From Lingula anatina (lineage: Eukaryota; Animalia; Brachiopoda), in contig CM120640.1 of the NCBI GenBank assembly GCA_051362555.1, positions 30,027,967 to 30,091,966 on the forward strand: a DNA stretch of 64,000 nt, given 5' to 3'. The translations under genes and the position numbers were made by a program. Of this stretch, positions 26,090 through 36,700 are shown one piece after another (position 1 is the first letter of the stretch; each line of letters begins with the position of its first letter). A model generated the notes under the pieces. That model was not told where the DNA came from, made no database searches, and worked only from the letters and a program-made list of their open reading frames with translations.

Positions 26090-27076
26090 CTATTCAAATT
26101 GTCCAGTTGCTTGGCTTGACCATAGTGTTGGAGTGCGGATGTATTTCTTGAAAGAGTCCGAGTTCCAACGACCGAGCCGTCTTATCTGAGCGTCCGACAG
26201 GTTATTCTGCACCGCCAGGGAAGCGGCTCCTATTCTGAAACTGTGTCCTTTAAAGCGCGTAGGGTCCAAGTGACAGAATCGAAGATCCCTTGCCAGCTGT
26301 TTGTTGAAGACGTCCCGATGAATGGGTGTGAAGTTCGGGTGACAGAAAAGTGGGCCTGGTGTGTCCCCCCTCAGCTTGATGTAGTGAGCTAAGGCACTTA
26401 CCCCGCACAAGGGATTGCTTTGAGGGCCAATAACAATGGAAAAAGGAGAGCCTTTAGTGTTATGCTTGTAGTTTGAAATTACTAATTCGACTGACTGTTT
26501 CCCATCATGATTCAAAAAGAACTTTAAGTTTTCCCGGGAGAGGGAGGGGTTGGGGGCCCCCGATCCCCTAGCTGTCATCTCTCCTATACGTAAAAACCCG
26601 TGAAAGGCTGTGAGGTACATTGCCCTGAAGAGTGACATGGTGTAGGAATTGGAAAGGGTGAGTTCCAAAGCTCTAACAAGTTTTAGGAGTACCCCCACCG
26701 TGATGGGCAGTCTGGAATCGGCGGATGGGTTTAATTTGTGTACACCTATGAGTTGTTTCTTGACAATGAAGGCATTGGTGGGGTCAAAGTGGCCGGCCAG
26801 TTTGTGAAAATAGCTCAATTTTGAGATTTCTGACACAATTGTGTTGGGGGAGAGATTCTTATCTCGGAGGTGGGAAATATATAGAAGTATGTCGGCAATC
26901 GTGGCCGGGAAACGGGGGGAGGGGAGACCTATCGTGGCCGTCTGAAATGAAGAGAAGTTATGGAAAGCTTTATCATATGCCTTTTTGGAAGATGGTTCCA
27001 GGGCCGCATCCACTAGTTCCCTGGTAGACTCAACAAGTTTTGAGGTAGAAGATGAGCCGGGAGCATAGTCGGACAT
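26090..27076 (-). CDS. Tyrosine recombinase (N-terminal core-binding domain + catalytic domain)
   Basis: 328-aa uninterrupted ORF with AFHGFLRIGE (R), GHSFRIGAA (HxxR) and GRWNSDSFKKYIR (W, Y) motifs typical of DIRS/Ngaro YRs. Confidence 0.95.
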   Translation of the reverse strand: MSDYAPGSSSTSKLVESTRELVDAALEPSSKKAYDKAFHNFSSFQTATIGLPSPRFPATIADILLYISHLRDKNLSPNTIVSEISKLSYFHKLAGHFDPTNAFIVKKQLIGVHKLNPSADSRLPITVGVLLKLVRALELTLSNSYTMSLFRAMYLTAFHGFLRIGEMTARGSGAPNPSLSRENLKFFLNHDGKQSVELVISNYKHNTKGSPFSIVIGPQSNPLCGVSALAHYIKLRGDTPGPLFCHPNFTPIHRDVFNKQLARDLRFCHLDPTRFKGHSFRIGAASLAVQNNLSDAQIRRLGRWNSDSFKKYIRTPTLWSSQATGQFE

Positions 27077-28959
27077 CTGGACATGGCTGGAGCAGATCGC
27101 TTGAATGATTGTACCTGAAGACGTGATAGGGAATCTGCTAAGTTATTCTCGCAACCTGGGATGTGTTTTGACTTAAACAGGATGTTATTCTTGAGACAGG
27201 AGAGGACAAAATATCGGACCAAGTGCATGATGTGGGGGTCCTTGGATGTCTGTTTGTTTATGATGTGAACTAAAGCTTCATTGTCGGTGAAGAGCATGAC
27301 ACACCTATTCCTTAACTCCGAGGCCCAAAGGTCAACTGCCGCGACAATTGGGTAAAATTCTAGCAAGGTGATATTGCAGTTTTGAAAATGCTTTGGCCAA
27401 GCCCCGAAAAACCAATTGTTCCTAAATATCGCCCCATATCCGAGGGAGGCTGCAGCATCAGTGTACAATTTCAGAGCGGGGGAGGTAAGCCATTTGAAAT
27501 CAAGGAGGAATGATTTCCCGTTGTAGTCGGAAAGAAAGTTGGCCCAGGTCTCTAGATCCAGTTTAGCCTGTCTAGACAGCCGGATGAAGTGGTGGGGTTT
27601 TCTGATACCTATCGTTAGATCAATGAGTCTGCGGAGGAAGGCCCTGCCCGGTAGAACTACTGAACAGGTGAAATTCAAGAGCCCTATGAGCGATTGTAGC
27701 TGGTGTAATGTTACTTTTGCCCTACCCAGGAACTCGGATATGAGAGACCGGCATTTTGAGACTTTATCGTCAGGTAGCCTGGCTTCCATCAGATCAGTAT
27801 CGAGCTCAATACCAGCGAAAGGAAGGACTCTGCTAGGGCCAAGCGTTTTCTCGCTTGCAATAGGTACGCCGAGATCACTACAGAGGGCCAGGAAATTTTG
27901 GAGGTCCTGCTGACACTTTTCAAACGTGGGGGCTATGAACAGAAAGTCGTCCAGAATGTGAACCATGGAGTGGGCCTTAAGTTTGTGCTCCGCAATCCAT
28001 TGCAGAGAGGTACTGAACATTTCGAATATTCTACAGGACGAGGAGCATCCCATTGGTAGACGCGTGTCAAAATAATACTCATTGTTCCATGTAAACCCTA
28101 GAAGGTGATGATCGTCGGGGTGAACCATAAGAATTCTGAAAGCAGACTCCACGTCAGTCTTGGCCATCCAGGAAGATCTACCTGAGATATTGATGAGCTC
28201 TATTGCATTCTCTATAGAATGGTACTGCACGGAGGAGAATTCCCTGTCAATGCCGTCATTAACTGACTGTCCGTGAGGAAAGGAAAGGTCGTGGATGAGC
28301 CTAAACTTGCCAGGATCTTTCTTCGGGTGGAGACCAATGGGCGATATAGCTAAATTGGGGAAAGGTTTGGAAGTAAATGGACCGGCCAACCTACCTAGTT
28401 CTAATTCAGATGACAACTTTTCATTCACCACGTCGGGCCTGTCTAGAGCTGACTTGTGGTTACGAGTAGAAGACGGGGATTGAGACCCATTGTGACCTAA
28501 CTTGAAGCCGATAGTGAAGCCCGAAACAAGTTGCTTTCTTAAATCAGAAGGATAACCAGAAAGATATTTATTGAGTTTGTTGGGGTCTACTGGGGTTTTT
28601 AGGACCCTGGGGGGTAGATGGTGAGTTTCTGTTGGCCCGTGAGGGGTAGGAGGGGCGGGCAGCTGCTCTATTCTCCGATCTGGGACACTGGGACGCTGGG
28701 TGGGTACCCCCTGAGCATCTGAAACATTTGTGGTCGTACGTGCAATCCCCCCTACAGTGGTTTCCGGAGTGAAATTTGTAGCAGACCCCTTGGGGAAATT
28801 TACGAAATGGCTGCCTAGATGTGAATGACCCCCTTGGGCGAAATTGCTGGACATTGTTATTTGGGCGAGAATTGAGAAGAGCCCTGTTCCAAAGATCCCA
28901 ATTAGTATCCTCCCAAGGGTCACCAGACCTTTCTTTGTTAGCCCTGAAGTTGCGGTCAT
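27013..28959 (-). CDS. Reverse transcriptase / RNase H
   Basis: KKDPGKFRLIHDLS, KTDVESAFR, LPMGCSSS, HILDDFL; RNase H LYTDAA, LLEFYPI, FTDN, NNLADSLSR. True start uncertain (overlaps gag by 392 bp and YR by 64 bp). Confidence 0.95.
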   Translation of the reverse strand: MTATSGLTKKGLVTLGRILIGIFGTGLFSILAQITMSSNFAQGGHSHLGSHFVNFPKGSATNFTPETTVGGIARTTTNVSDAQGVPTQRPSVPDRRIEQLPAPPTPHGPTETHHLPPRVLKTPVDPNKLNKYLSGYPSDLRKQLVSGFTIGFKLGHNGSQSPSSTRNHKSALDRPDVVNEKLSSELELGRLAGPFTSKPFPNLAISPIGLHPKKDPGKFRLIHDLSFPHGQSVNDGIDREFSSVQYHSIENAIELINISGRSSWMAKTDVESAFRILMVHPDDHHLLGFTWNNEYYFDTRLPMGCSSSCRIFEMFSTSLQWIAEHKLKAHSMVHILDDFLFIAPTFEKCQQDLQNFLALCSDLGVPIASEKTLGPSRVLPFAGIELDTDLMEARLPDDKVSKCRSLISEFLGRAKVTLHQLQSLIGLLNFTCSVVLPGRAFLRRLIDLTIGIRKPHHFIRLSRQAKLDLETWANFLSDYNGKSFLLDFKWLTSPALKLYTDAAASLGYGAIFRNNWFFGAWPKHFQNCNITLLEFYPIVAAVDLWASELRNRCVMLFTDNEALVHIINKQTSKDPHIMHLVRYFVLSCLKNNILFKSKHIPGCENNLADSLSRLQVQSFKRSAPAMSRCPTMLPAHLLPQNLLSLPGN

Positions 28960-29716
28960 AAGCTAACCAGTCCCCCCTTAGCCCTGCTAAGACCCTGATG
29001 TCTTCAGCGTATTTAAGTAAATTGGGCGCCTCCTGGGGGTGTTTAAGGGTGTACACTGACATGAAAGTATGAAAGGCCGTTGTCCATTGGGACATGGAGG
29101 TGATCTGAGGCCTTCTACCCTGGGAGACTACCAGTGTGATTTTACCGTGGTTGTTTTCCATGGCCAATGGGAGGGGGTCGCCGGGTTGGGGCAATTGCGC
29201 TGACTGGTCTTGGAGGAGTAGTGACATGTCGACAAACTCGTTCCCCCAAATTCGATCTTTTAATTTGTCGTCGACTAGGGCGTGTAAGGGAATGGACTTA
29301 GTTGAATACCTATTAGTCTGGGGGGATACTATACCTGTGTCCGCTGAAGGAGGAGTAGGCGGAGGGTTTTCTGGCAGATTGCGCTGGCCCGACTGAGGTG
29401 CCACCGAGTTGGCTGCCAGTGTTGCCATGGCTTGTGACATCTCCTTCAGAATGTTGAAGATGGCCTGGTTGTCCACGGGCTGTGGGGTTGAATGTGAACT
29501 CCCAGAAGTTGAAGGTGAGGAAGTGTCCGCAGAGGAAGGTGCAGATTTACGAACAAGTTGCTTCCCCTTACTGACTCGCGGGCGTTTTTCCGATGCTGAA
29601 GAGGGGCCGGCGGAAGAAGTGCTCGCAGTAGAGGGAGTAGGGTGAGTTCTGCTTGCCCGGCGTTTGTTTGGAGTGCTCTCAGGAGCTGTTGAACTTCTTG
29701 ATCTCTTGGGAGGCAC
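28568..29716 (-). CDS. Gag-like ORF1 with C-terminal Cys/His zinc-finger motifs
   Basis: S/P-rich N-terminus, KDRIWGNEFVDMSLLL, WLAYDRNFR and CYKFHSGNHCRGDCTYDHKCFRCSGGTHPASQC as in Ngaro ORF1; the track start is a GTG overlapping a splice-acceptor-like site. Confidence 0.9.
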   Translation of the reverse strand: MPPKRSRSSTAPESTPNKRRASRTHPTPSTASTSSAGPSSASEKRPRVSKGKQLVRKSAPSSADTSSPSTSGSSHSTPQPVDNQAIFNILKEMSQAMATLAANSVAPQSGQRNLPENPPPTPPSADTGIVSPQTNRYSTKSIPLHALVDDKLKDRIWGNEFVDMSLLLQDQSAQLPQPGDPLPLAMENNHGKITLVVSQGRRPQITSMSQWTTAFHTFMSVYTLKHPQEAPNLLKYAEDIRVLAGLRGDWLAYDRNFRANKERSGDPWEDTNWDLWNRALLNSRPNNNVQQFRPRGSFTSRQPFRKFPQGVCYKFHSGNHCRGDCTYDHKCFRCSGGTHPASQCPRSENRAAARPSYPSRANRNSPSTPQGPKNPSRPQQTQ

Positions 29717-29964
29717 TGAAAAGTGTAATGAAGAGAGCAGCAGACAGGTGAAATTATTTGTAAGTTCCCATGTAGTTTTTTATTACTCGGAGGAGACGGG
29801 GAAGGTGGCGGGTATCAAAATCGTACTGAGGCGAATTGAGCAGTGATCCGTTGATCGTTCTCTTGCGACTGTCGTGCGTGAGAGCAAAGTGAGAAAGAAT
29901 ACTATCGTACATTTCGTTAAACGCGACGGCGCGTACCTTGTGGAACACACCTGACCTAGTTCAA

Positions 29965-30030
29965 CCTGATTGGGCAAAAATTAGTAACGAACCAAATACT
30001 CTGATTGGATAAGAAAGATTGGCCAATCAC
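29965..30030 (-). promoter_or_regulatory. CCAAT-box cluster, putative internal promoter upstream of gag
   Basis: ctgattgg at ~29966 and 30001, and gattggccaatca at ~30017, between repeat A and gag. Confidence 0.45.
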
Positions 30031-30094
30031 AGCCCATTGCCGATGCAGCACTAAATCCACGATTCTATGTGCAGCATTGAATCCGAGGCTCGTC

Positions 30095-30485
30095 AGTTCA
30101 TGCAGCACTCAATCCGAGGTTTGTACAAGTATGGCAAAATTACAATGCGAATCCCGTCGGAACTAGGTTACAATCCGTCGCCATAAAACAACGTTTGACT
30201 CAGCCGCCAAACTTCCCTTTATGTCTCCTTGATCTAAAGGTTCAATACGATGCCGAGAAAGGAGCAATAAAGTGACAAACACAAGTATGATGTTCGAAAC
30301 TTGGCCGATGCCGGCCGCTTTTATTGTGAATCCTTATACTAAAATGAATTAAATTTTGATGTTAAAATTAATTAATTGTGACAGTGCCAAAATACGTAAT
30401 TTTTTACGCCTGAAAAGACTATTTTATATATAATTCCCAAAGAACATAGTGCAGACGTTTTAATTTGTGGGGTTGCAAAGAGGCC
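30095..30485 (-). repeat. Internal fused B/A repeat (circle-junction sequence)
   Basis: 30095-30224 = 31968-32097 (A); 30217-30485 = 25047-25315 (B); they overlap by CTTTATGT at 30217-30224. Confidence 0.95.
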
Positions 30486-30599
30486 ATAACCTTGGGATCG
30501 CAGAGGCCAAGGAAAACCCCACAAAGGACAAAGGAGCCTGCTGATAAGGACAGAAAGTTTCCAGATGAGTAAGTAGTGCGTAATGAGTAGCTATATAGA

Positions 30600-31322
30600 G
30601 GTCGGAAATGTAAAGACACAAAACGTGCCGCTCGCCTAGGCGAAGCTAGGCAGACGAAAATATGACAAAAATAAGGCATGAAAAGTTATGCCACTCAACC
30701 TGAAAACCAGGTCGGAAAGATAAAGACACAAAACGTGCCACTCACTCTGACGAAGCAGAGCGGAATATAAAGACACAAAACGTGCCACTCACCTAGGCGT
30801 AGCTAGGCGGACAAAAATATTGCAAAAATAAGGCATGAAAAATTATGCCACTCAACCTGGAAACCAGGTCGGAAAAGTAAAGACACAAAACGTGCCACTC
30901 ACTCTGACGAAGCAGAGCGGAATATAAAGACACAAAACGTGCCACTCACCTAGGCGTAGCTAGGCGGACAAAAATATTACAAAAATAAGGCATGAAAAAA
31001 TATGCCACTCAACCTGAAAACCAGGTCGGAAAAGTAAAGACACAAAACGTGCCACTCACTCTGACGAAGCAGAGCGGAATATAAAGACACAAAACGTGCC
31101 ACTCACCTAGGCGTAGCTAGGCGGACAAAAATATTACAAAAATAAGGCATGAAAAAATATGCCACTCAACCTGAAAACCAGGTCGGAAAAGTAAAGACAC
31201 AAAACGTGCCACTCACTCTGACGAAGCAGAGCGGAATATAAAGACACAAAACGTGCCACTCACCTAGGCGTAGCTAGGCGGACAAAAATATTACAAAAAT
31301 AAGGCATGAAAAATTATGCCAC
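30600..31322. repeat. 157-bp tandem array (~4.6 copies), each unit with three hairpin subrepeats
   Basis: cctaggcg at 30635, 30792, 30949, 31106, 31263 (period 157). Confidence 0.95.
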
Positions 31323-31559
31323 GTCGTTGCCGACTGGAGTAGGATAGAGGATAAAAGGAAGGAAAATTACCGGTGGTCCTGAAAAGGTCGGGACCTGACA
31401 AAAGGGGGGAGATGCGCCTATGGGCCTGAAAAGGACATGTGATGAGGGTGACAATAGATATACAACAAGAAATCTCAAGGAAGTGATGTAGATATGGACT
31501 AAGAGCTATGGATAAAGGAAATGCTATGGGCCTGAAAAGGACACGTGTTGAAGGACAAT

Positions 31560-31970
31560 TTAGGAAAGCGAAACGCGAAGCCGGGAGGCCTTCCTAATGA
31601 TGGCGCCCCGTAGACTACGATAAAGTTTATACTGGCCCACATCCGAGAGATGCACCCCGTCTGGCTTGATGTGGAGCCGGTTAACTCTCCGCAGACCTAC
31701 GTTCTTCCAAAAGGAAATGAATGGATTTCTTAGGGGCAAGTCTGCTAGGAGAATATTGAGCTGATCTACTTGGTCATTAAACGAAGGGTGAGGGGGACGT
31801 AGCCTGTGGTGAACTTGGTTCACCACCACATGTGAAACACCAAATACGTCGTGAAAACGACGGGCTAACTCCTCAATATCCTTACAGAGGTTTGAGGGAG
31901 AAACGTTACGATCGGACAGGTCATTAGAACCAATGATAAGAACGACCAGGTCGGGCCGTACCCGGCGAGT
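31560..31970 (-). pseudogene. SGNH/GDSL hydrolase, C-terminal part only
   Basis: Open frame extends upstream of the track ORF: RVRPDLVVLIIGSNDLS (block III GxND) to KPDGVHLSDVG (block V DxxH); blocks I-II are absent and an in-frame TGA (31971-31973) lies in repeat A. Confidence 0.85.
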
Positions 31971-32097
31971 TCATGCAGCACTCAATCCGAGGTTTGTACA
32001 AGTATGGCAAAATTACAATGCGAATCCCGTCGGAACTAGGTTACAATCCGTCGCCATAAAACAACGTTTGACTCAGCCGCCAAACTTCCCTTTATGT
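31968..32097 (-). repeat. Terminal split direct repeat A (130 bp)
   Basis: Identical by eye to 30095-30224. Confidence 0.95.
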
Positions 32098-33644
32098 GTC
32101 TGTTTATATTCTGTCTCCTGTGTCTATTCTGTATTGTTACTGAGTGTGTTCATATATATTGTGATGACTTTTTACGGCTATGTTTTCAATCTTTTTCCTT
32201 GGGTTTATTCTCATTACGGTGAATGCTACTGTTGTCACTGTACATGTGAAATTTTTTTCTAATCACTGTGTATGTCTGTATTATGACTGTGTTTGTTTGT
32301 ATTTATTTTGATTACTGGGCATGTTTGTGTTGTCACTGTTCGTGTTTGTATTTATTGTGAGCACTGTGTATGTCAGCTTTGTCACTCTATTTGTTTGTAA
32401 TCTTAACTATTGCTGTGCATGATTGTACTTTCACTGTATCCCTGTGTGTTTGTTTATCTTATGTATCTTTATGTGTCTGTTTATATTCTGTCTCCTGTGT
32501 CTATTCTGTATTGTTACTGAATGTGTTCATATATATTGTGATGACTTTTTACGGCTATGTTTTCAATCTTTTTCCTTGTGTTTATTCTCATTACGGTGAA
32601 TGCTACTGTTGTCACTGTACATGTGAAATTTTTTTCTAATCACTGTGTATGTCTGTATTATGACTGTGTTTGTTTGTATTTATTTTGATTACTGTGTATG
32701 TTTGTGTTGTCACTGTTCGTGTTTGTATTTATTGTGAGCACTGTGTATATCAGTTTTGTCACTCTATTTGTTTGTAGTCATTCTGATTACTGTGCATTTT
32801 AGTGTTGGCACTGTTTGTGTTTAAATTTGTTGTAAACAATGTGGATGTCAGTTTTGTCAGTTAATTTATTTCTAGTTATTATTTTAACTGTGCATGTTTT
32901 GTTGTCACCGTCATCATAGTTTGTGTCTGTTTATACTCTGATGACTGTTTCTATTATGTATTGTCATTGAATGTGTTTGTATATATATATATATATATAG
33001 TGATCACTGTGTAATCACCCGATTAATTTGTGTTTATTCTTGTTACTGTGCATGGTTTTGTTGTCACTGTACATGTGAAATTTATACTTATCACTGTGTA
33101 TATCTGTATTGTGACTGTGTTTGTTTGTATTAATTTTGATTATTGTGCACGTTACTATTGTCACTGTACATGTTAATATTTATTTTGACAACTGTTTATA
33201 TTCCTGTGCATGATGGTGTTGTCACTGTATGTTTATGTGTCTGTTTATATTCTATTTGCTGTGTCTATTCTGTATTGTTATTGAATGTGTTTGTACATAT
33301 CGAGATGACTGCGTACGACTTCTGTTGTCAACTGTACATGCGAAATTTTTTCACTCTTTTTCATTGTGTTTATTCTCATTACGATGAATGTTACTGACTG
33401 TTGTCACTGTACATGTGAAAAATGTTTCTAATCACTGTGTATGTCTGTTTTGTGACTGTGTTTGTTTGTATTGATTTTGCTAACTGTCTTTGTTGGTGTT
33501 GTTACTGTTGATGTTTTTATTTATTGTGAGCACTTTGTATGTCAGTTTTGCTACTCTATTTGTTTGTAATCATTAGTATTACTGTGCATGATGGTGCTAT
33601 CACTGTATGTCTATCTTCTATTATGTATTGTCATTGAATGTGTT

Positions 33645-33701
<57 letters not shown>

Positions 33702-36700
33702 CACTGTGTAATCACCCGATTAATTTGTGTTTATTCTTGTTACTGTGCATGGTTTTGTTGTCACTGTACATGTGAAATTTATACTTATCACTGTGTATAT
33801 CTGTATTGTGACTGTGTTTGTTTGTATTAATTTTGATTATTGTGCACGTTACTATTGTCTCTGTACATGTTAATATTTATTTTGACAACTGTTTATATTC
33901 CTGTGCATGATGGTGTTGTCACTGTATGTTTATGTGTCTGTTTATATTCTATTTGCTGTGTCTATTCTGTATTGTTACTGAATGAGTTTGTACATATCGA
34001 GATGACTGCGTACGACTTTGTTTTCACTCTTTTACCTTGTGTTCATTGTCATTATGGTGAACGTTTCTGTTGTCAACTGTACATGCGCAATTTTTTCACT
34101 CTTTTTCATTGTGTTTATGCTCATTACGGTGAATGTTACTGACTGTTGTCACTGTACATGTGAAAATTTTTTCTAATCACTGTGTATGTCTGTTTTTTGA
34201 CTGTGTATGTTTTTATTTATTTTGATTACTGTGCATGTTTTTGTTGTCACTGTTCGTGTTTGTATTTATTGTGAGCACTGTGTATGTCAGTTTTGTCACT
34301 CTATTTGTTTGTAATCATTACCATTACTCTGCATGATGGCATTGTCACTGTATGTCTATCTATCTGTTTATATTCTGTTTGCTGTGTCTATTCTGTATTG
34401 TTACTGAATGTGTTTGTATTTATTGTGAGCACTGTGTATGTCAGTTTTGTCACTCTATTTGTTTGTAGTCATACTGATTACTATGCATTTTAATGTTGGC
34501 ACTGTTTGTGTTTATATTTATTGTCAACAATGTGGATGTTAGTTTTGTCAGTTTATTTATTTTTAGTCATTATTTTAACTGTGCATGTTGGTGTTGTCTT
34601 CGCGTCTGTTTATACTCTGTAAGCTGTTTCCATTCTGTATTGTCATTGAATGTGTTTGTATATATATTGTGATCACTGTGTATGACTGTGTAATCACCCG
34701 ATTAATTTGTGTTTATTCTTGTTACTATGCATGGTTGTGTGGTCACTGTACATGTTAAAATTTTTTCTGATCACTGTGTATGTCTGTATTGTGACTGTGT
34801 TTGTATGTATTCATTTTAAATATTGTGCACGTTACTACTGTCACTTTACATGTTAATATTTATTTTGATCACTGTTTATGTCAGTTTTTTTATGTTGATG
34901 TTTGTATTTATTGTGAGCACTGTGTATGTCAGTTTAGTTACTCTATTTGTTTGTAATCATTACTATTACTCTGCATGATGGTGTTGTCACTGTACGTCTA
35001 TGTGTCTGTTTATACTCTGATAACTGATTCCATTCTGTATTGTCATTGAATGTGTTTTTATATATATTAAAATTATTATGATCACTGTGTATGACTGTGT
35101 AATCACCCGATTAATTTGTGTTTATTCTTGTTACTATGCATGGTTGTGTGGTCACTGTACATGTTAAAATTTATTCTGATCTCTGTGTATGTCTGTATTG
35201 TGACTGTGTTTGTATTTATTCATTTTAAATATTGTGCACGTTACTACTGTCACTTTACATGTTAATATTTATTTTGACCACTGTTTATGTCAGTTTTTTT
35301 ATGTTGATGTTTGTATTTATTGTGAGCACTGTGTATGTCAGTTTAGTTACTCTATTTGTTTGTAATCATAACCATTACTCTGCATGATGGTGTTGTCACT
35401 TTATGTCTATGTGTCTGTTTTTGTATATATTGTGATGACTGTGTATGACTTTGTTTTCTGTCTTTTTCCTTGTGTTCATTCCTGTTATGGTGAACATTAC
35501 TGCTGTCACTGTACATGTGAATTTTTTTTGTAATCACTGTGTATGACTGTGTTTTGACTGTGTATGTTTTTATTTATTTTGATTACTGTGCATGTTTTTG
35601 TTGTCACTGTTCGTGTTTGTATTTATTGTGAGCACTGTGTATGTCAGTTTTGTCACTCTATTTGTTTGTAATCATTACCATTACTCTGCATGATGGCATT
35701 GTCACTGTATGTCTATCTATCTGTTTATATTCTGTTTGCTGTGTCTATTCTGTATTGTTACTGAATGTGTTTGTATTTATTGTGAGCACTGTGTATGTCA
35801 GTTTTGTCACTCTATTTGTTTGTAGTCATACTGATTACTATGCATTTTAATGTTGGCACTGTTTGTGTTTATATTTATTGTCAACAATGTGGATGTTAGT
35901 TTTGTCAGTTTATTTATTTTTAGTCATTATTTTAACTGTGCATGTTGGTGTTGTCTTCGCGTCTGTTTATACTCTGTAAGCTGTTTCCATTCTGTATTGT
36001 CATTGAATGTGTTTGTATATATATTGTGATCACTGTGTATGACTGTGTAATCACCCGATTAATTTGTGTTTATTCTTGTTACTATGCATGGTTGTGTGGT
36101 CACTGTACATGTTAAAATTTTTTCTGATCACTGTGTATGTCTGTATTGTGACTGTGTTTGTATGTATTCATTTTAAATATTGTGCACGTTACTACTGTCA
36201 CTTTACATGTTAATATTTATTTTGATCACTGTTTATGTCAGTTTTTTTATGTTGATGTTTGTATTTATTGTGAGCACTGTGTATGTCAGTTTAGTTACTC
36301 TATTTGTTTGTAATCATTACTATTACTCTGCATGATGGTGTTGTCACTGTACGTCTATGTGTCTGTTTATACTCTGATAACTGATTCCATTCTGTATTGT
36401 CATTGAATGTGTTTTTATATATATTAAAATTATTATGATCACTGTGTATGACTGTGTAATCACCCGATTAATTTGTGTTTATTCTTGTTACTATGCATGG
36501 TTGTGTGGTCACTGTACATGTTAAAATTTATTCTGATCTCTGTGTATGTCTGTATTGTGACTGTGTTTGTATTTATTCATTTTAAATATTGTGCACGTTA
36601 CTACTGTCACTTTACATGTTAATATTTATTTTGACCACTGTTTATGTCAGTTTTTTTATGTTGATGTTTGTATTTATTGTGAGCACTGTGTATGTCAGTT

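Larger units (their letters stand above)
25047..32097 (-). mobile_element. Ngaro-type (DIRS order) tyrosine-recombinase retrotransposon with split direct repeats, apparently intact and recent
   Basis: Overlapping gag, RT/RNase H and YR ORFs, SGNH fragment, no methyltransferase; terminal repeats B (25047-25315) and A (31968-32097) recur fused at 30095-30485; GC-richer than flanks; removal restores the satellite exactly. Confidence 0.95.

Noticed and set aside
26090-27076. Prophage or bacterial integrase
   Set aside because: Overlaps an RT/RNase H ORF within split direct repeats, which is diagnostic of a eukaryotic YR retrotransposon.
26821-29846. Plus-strand ORFs antisense to the Ngaro genes
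   Set aside because: Shadow ORFs of GC-richer coding sequence with no recognisable motifs.
30600-31322. CRISPR-like array or hammerhead ribozymes (CTGACGA present)
   Set aside because: The 'spacers' repeat every third cassette, there are no cas genes and the context is eukaryotic; CTGACGA is not followed by a stem II plus GAAA.
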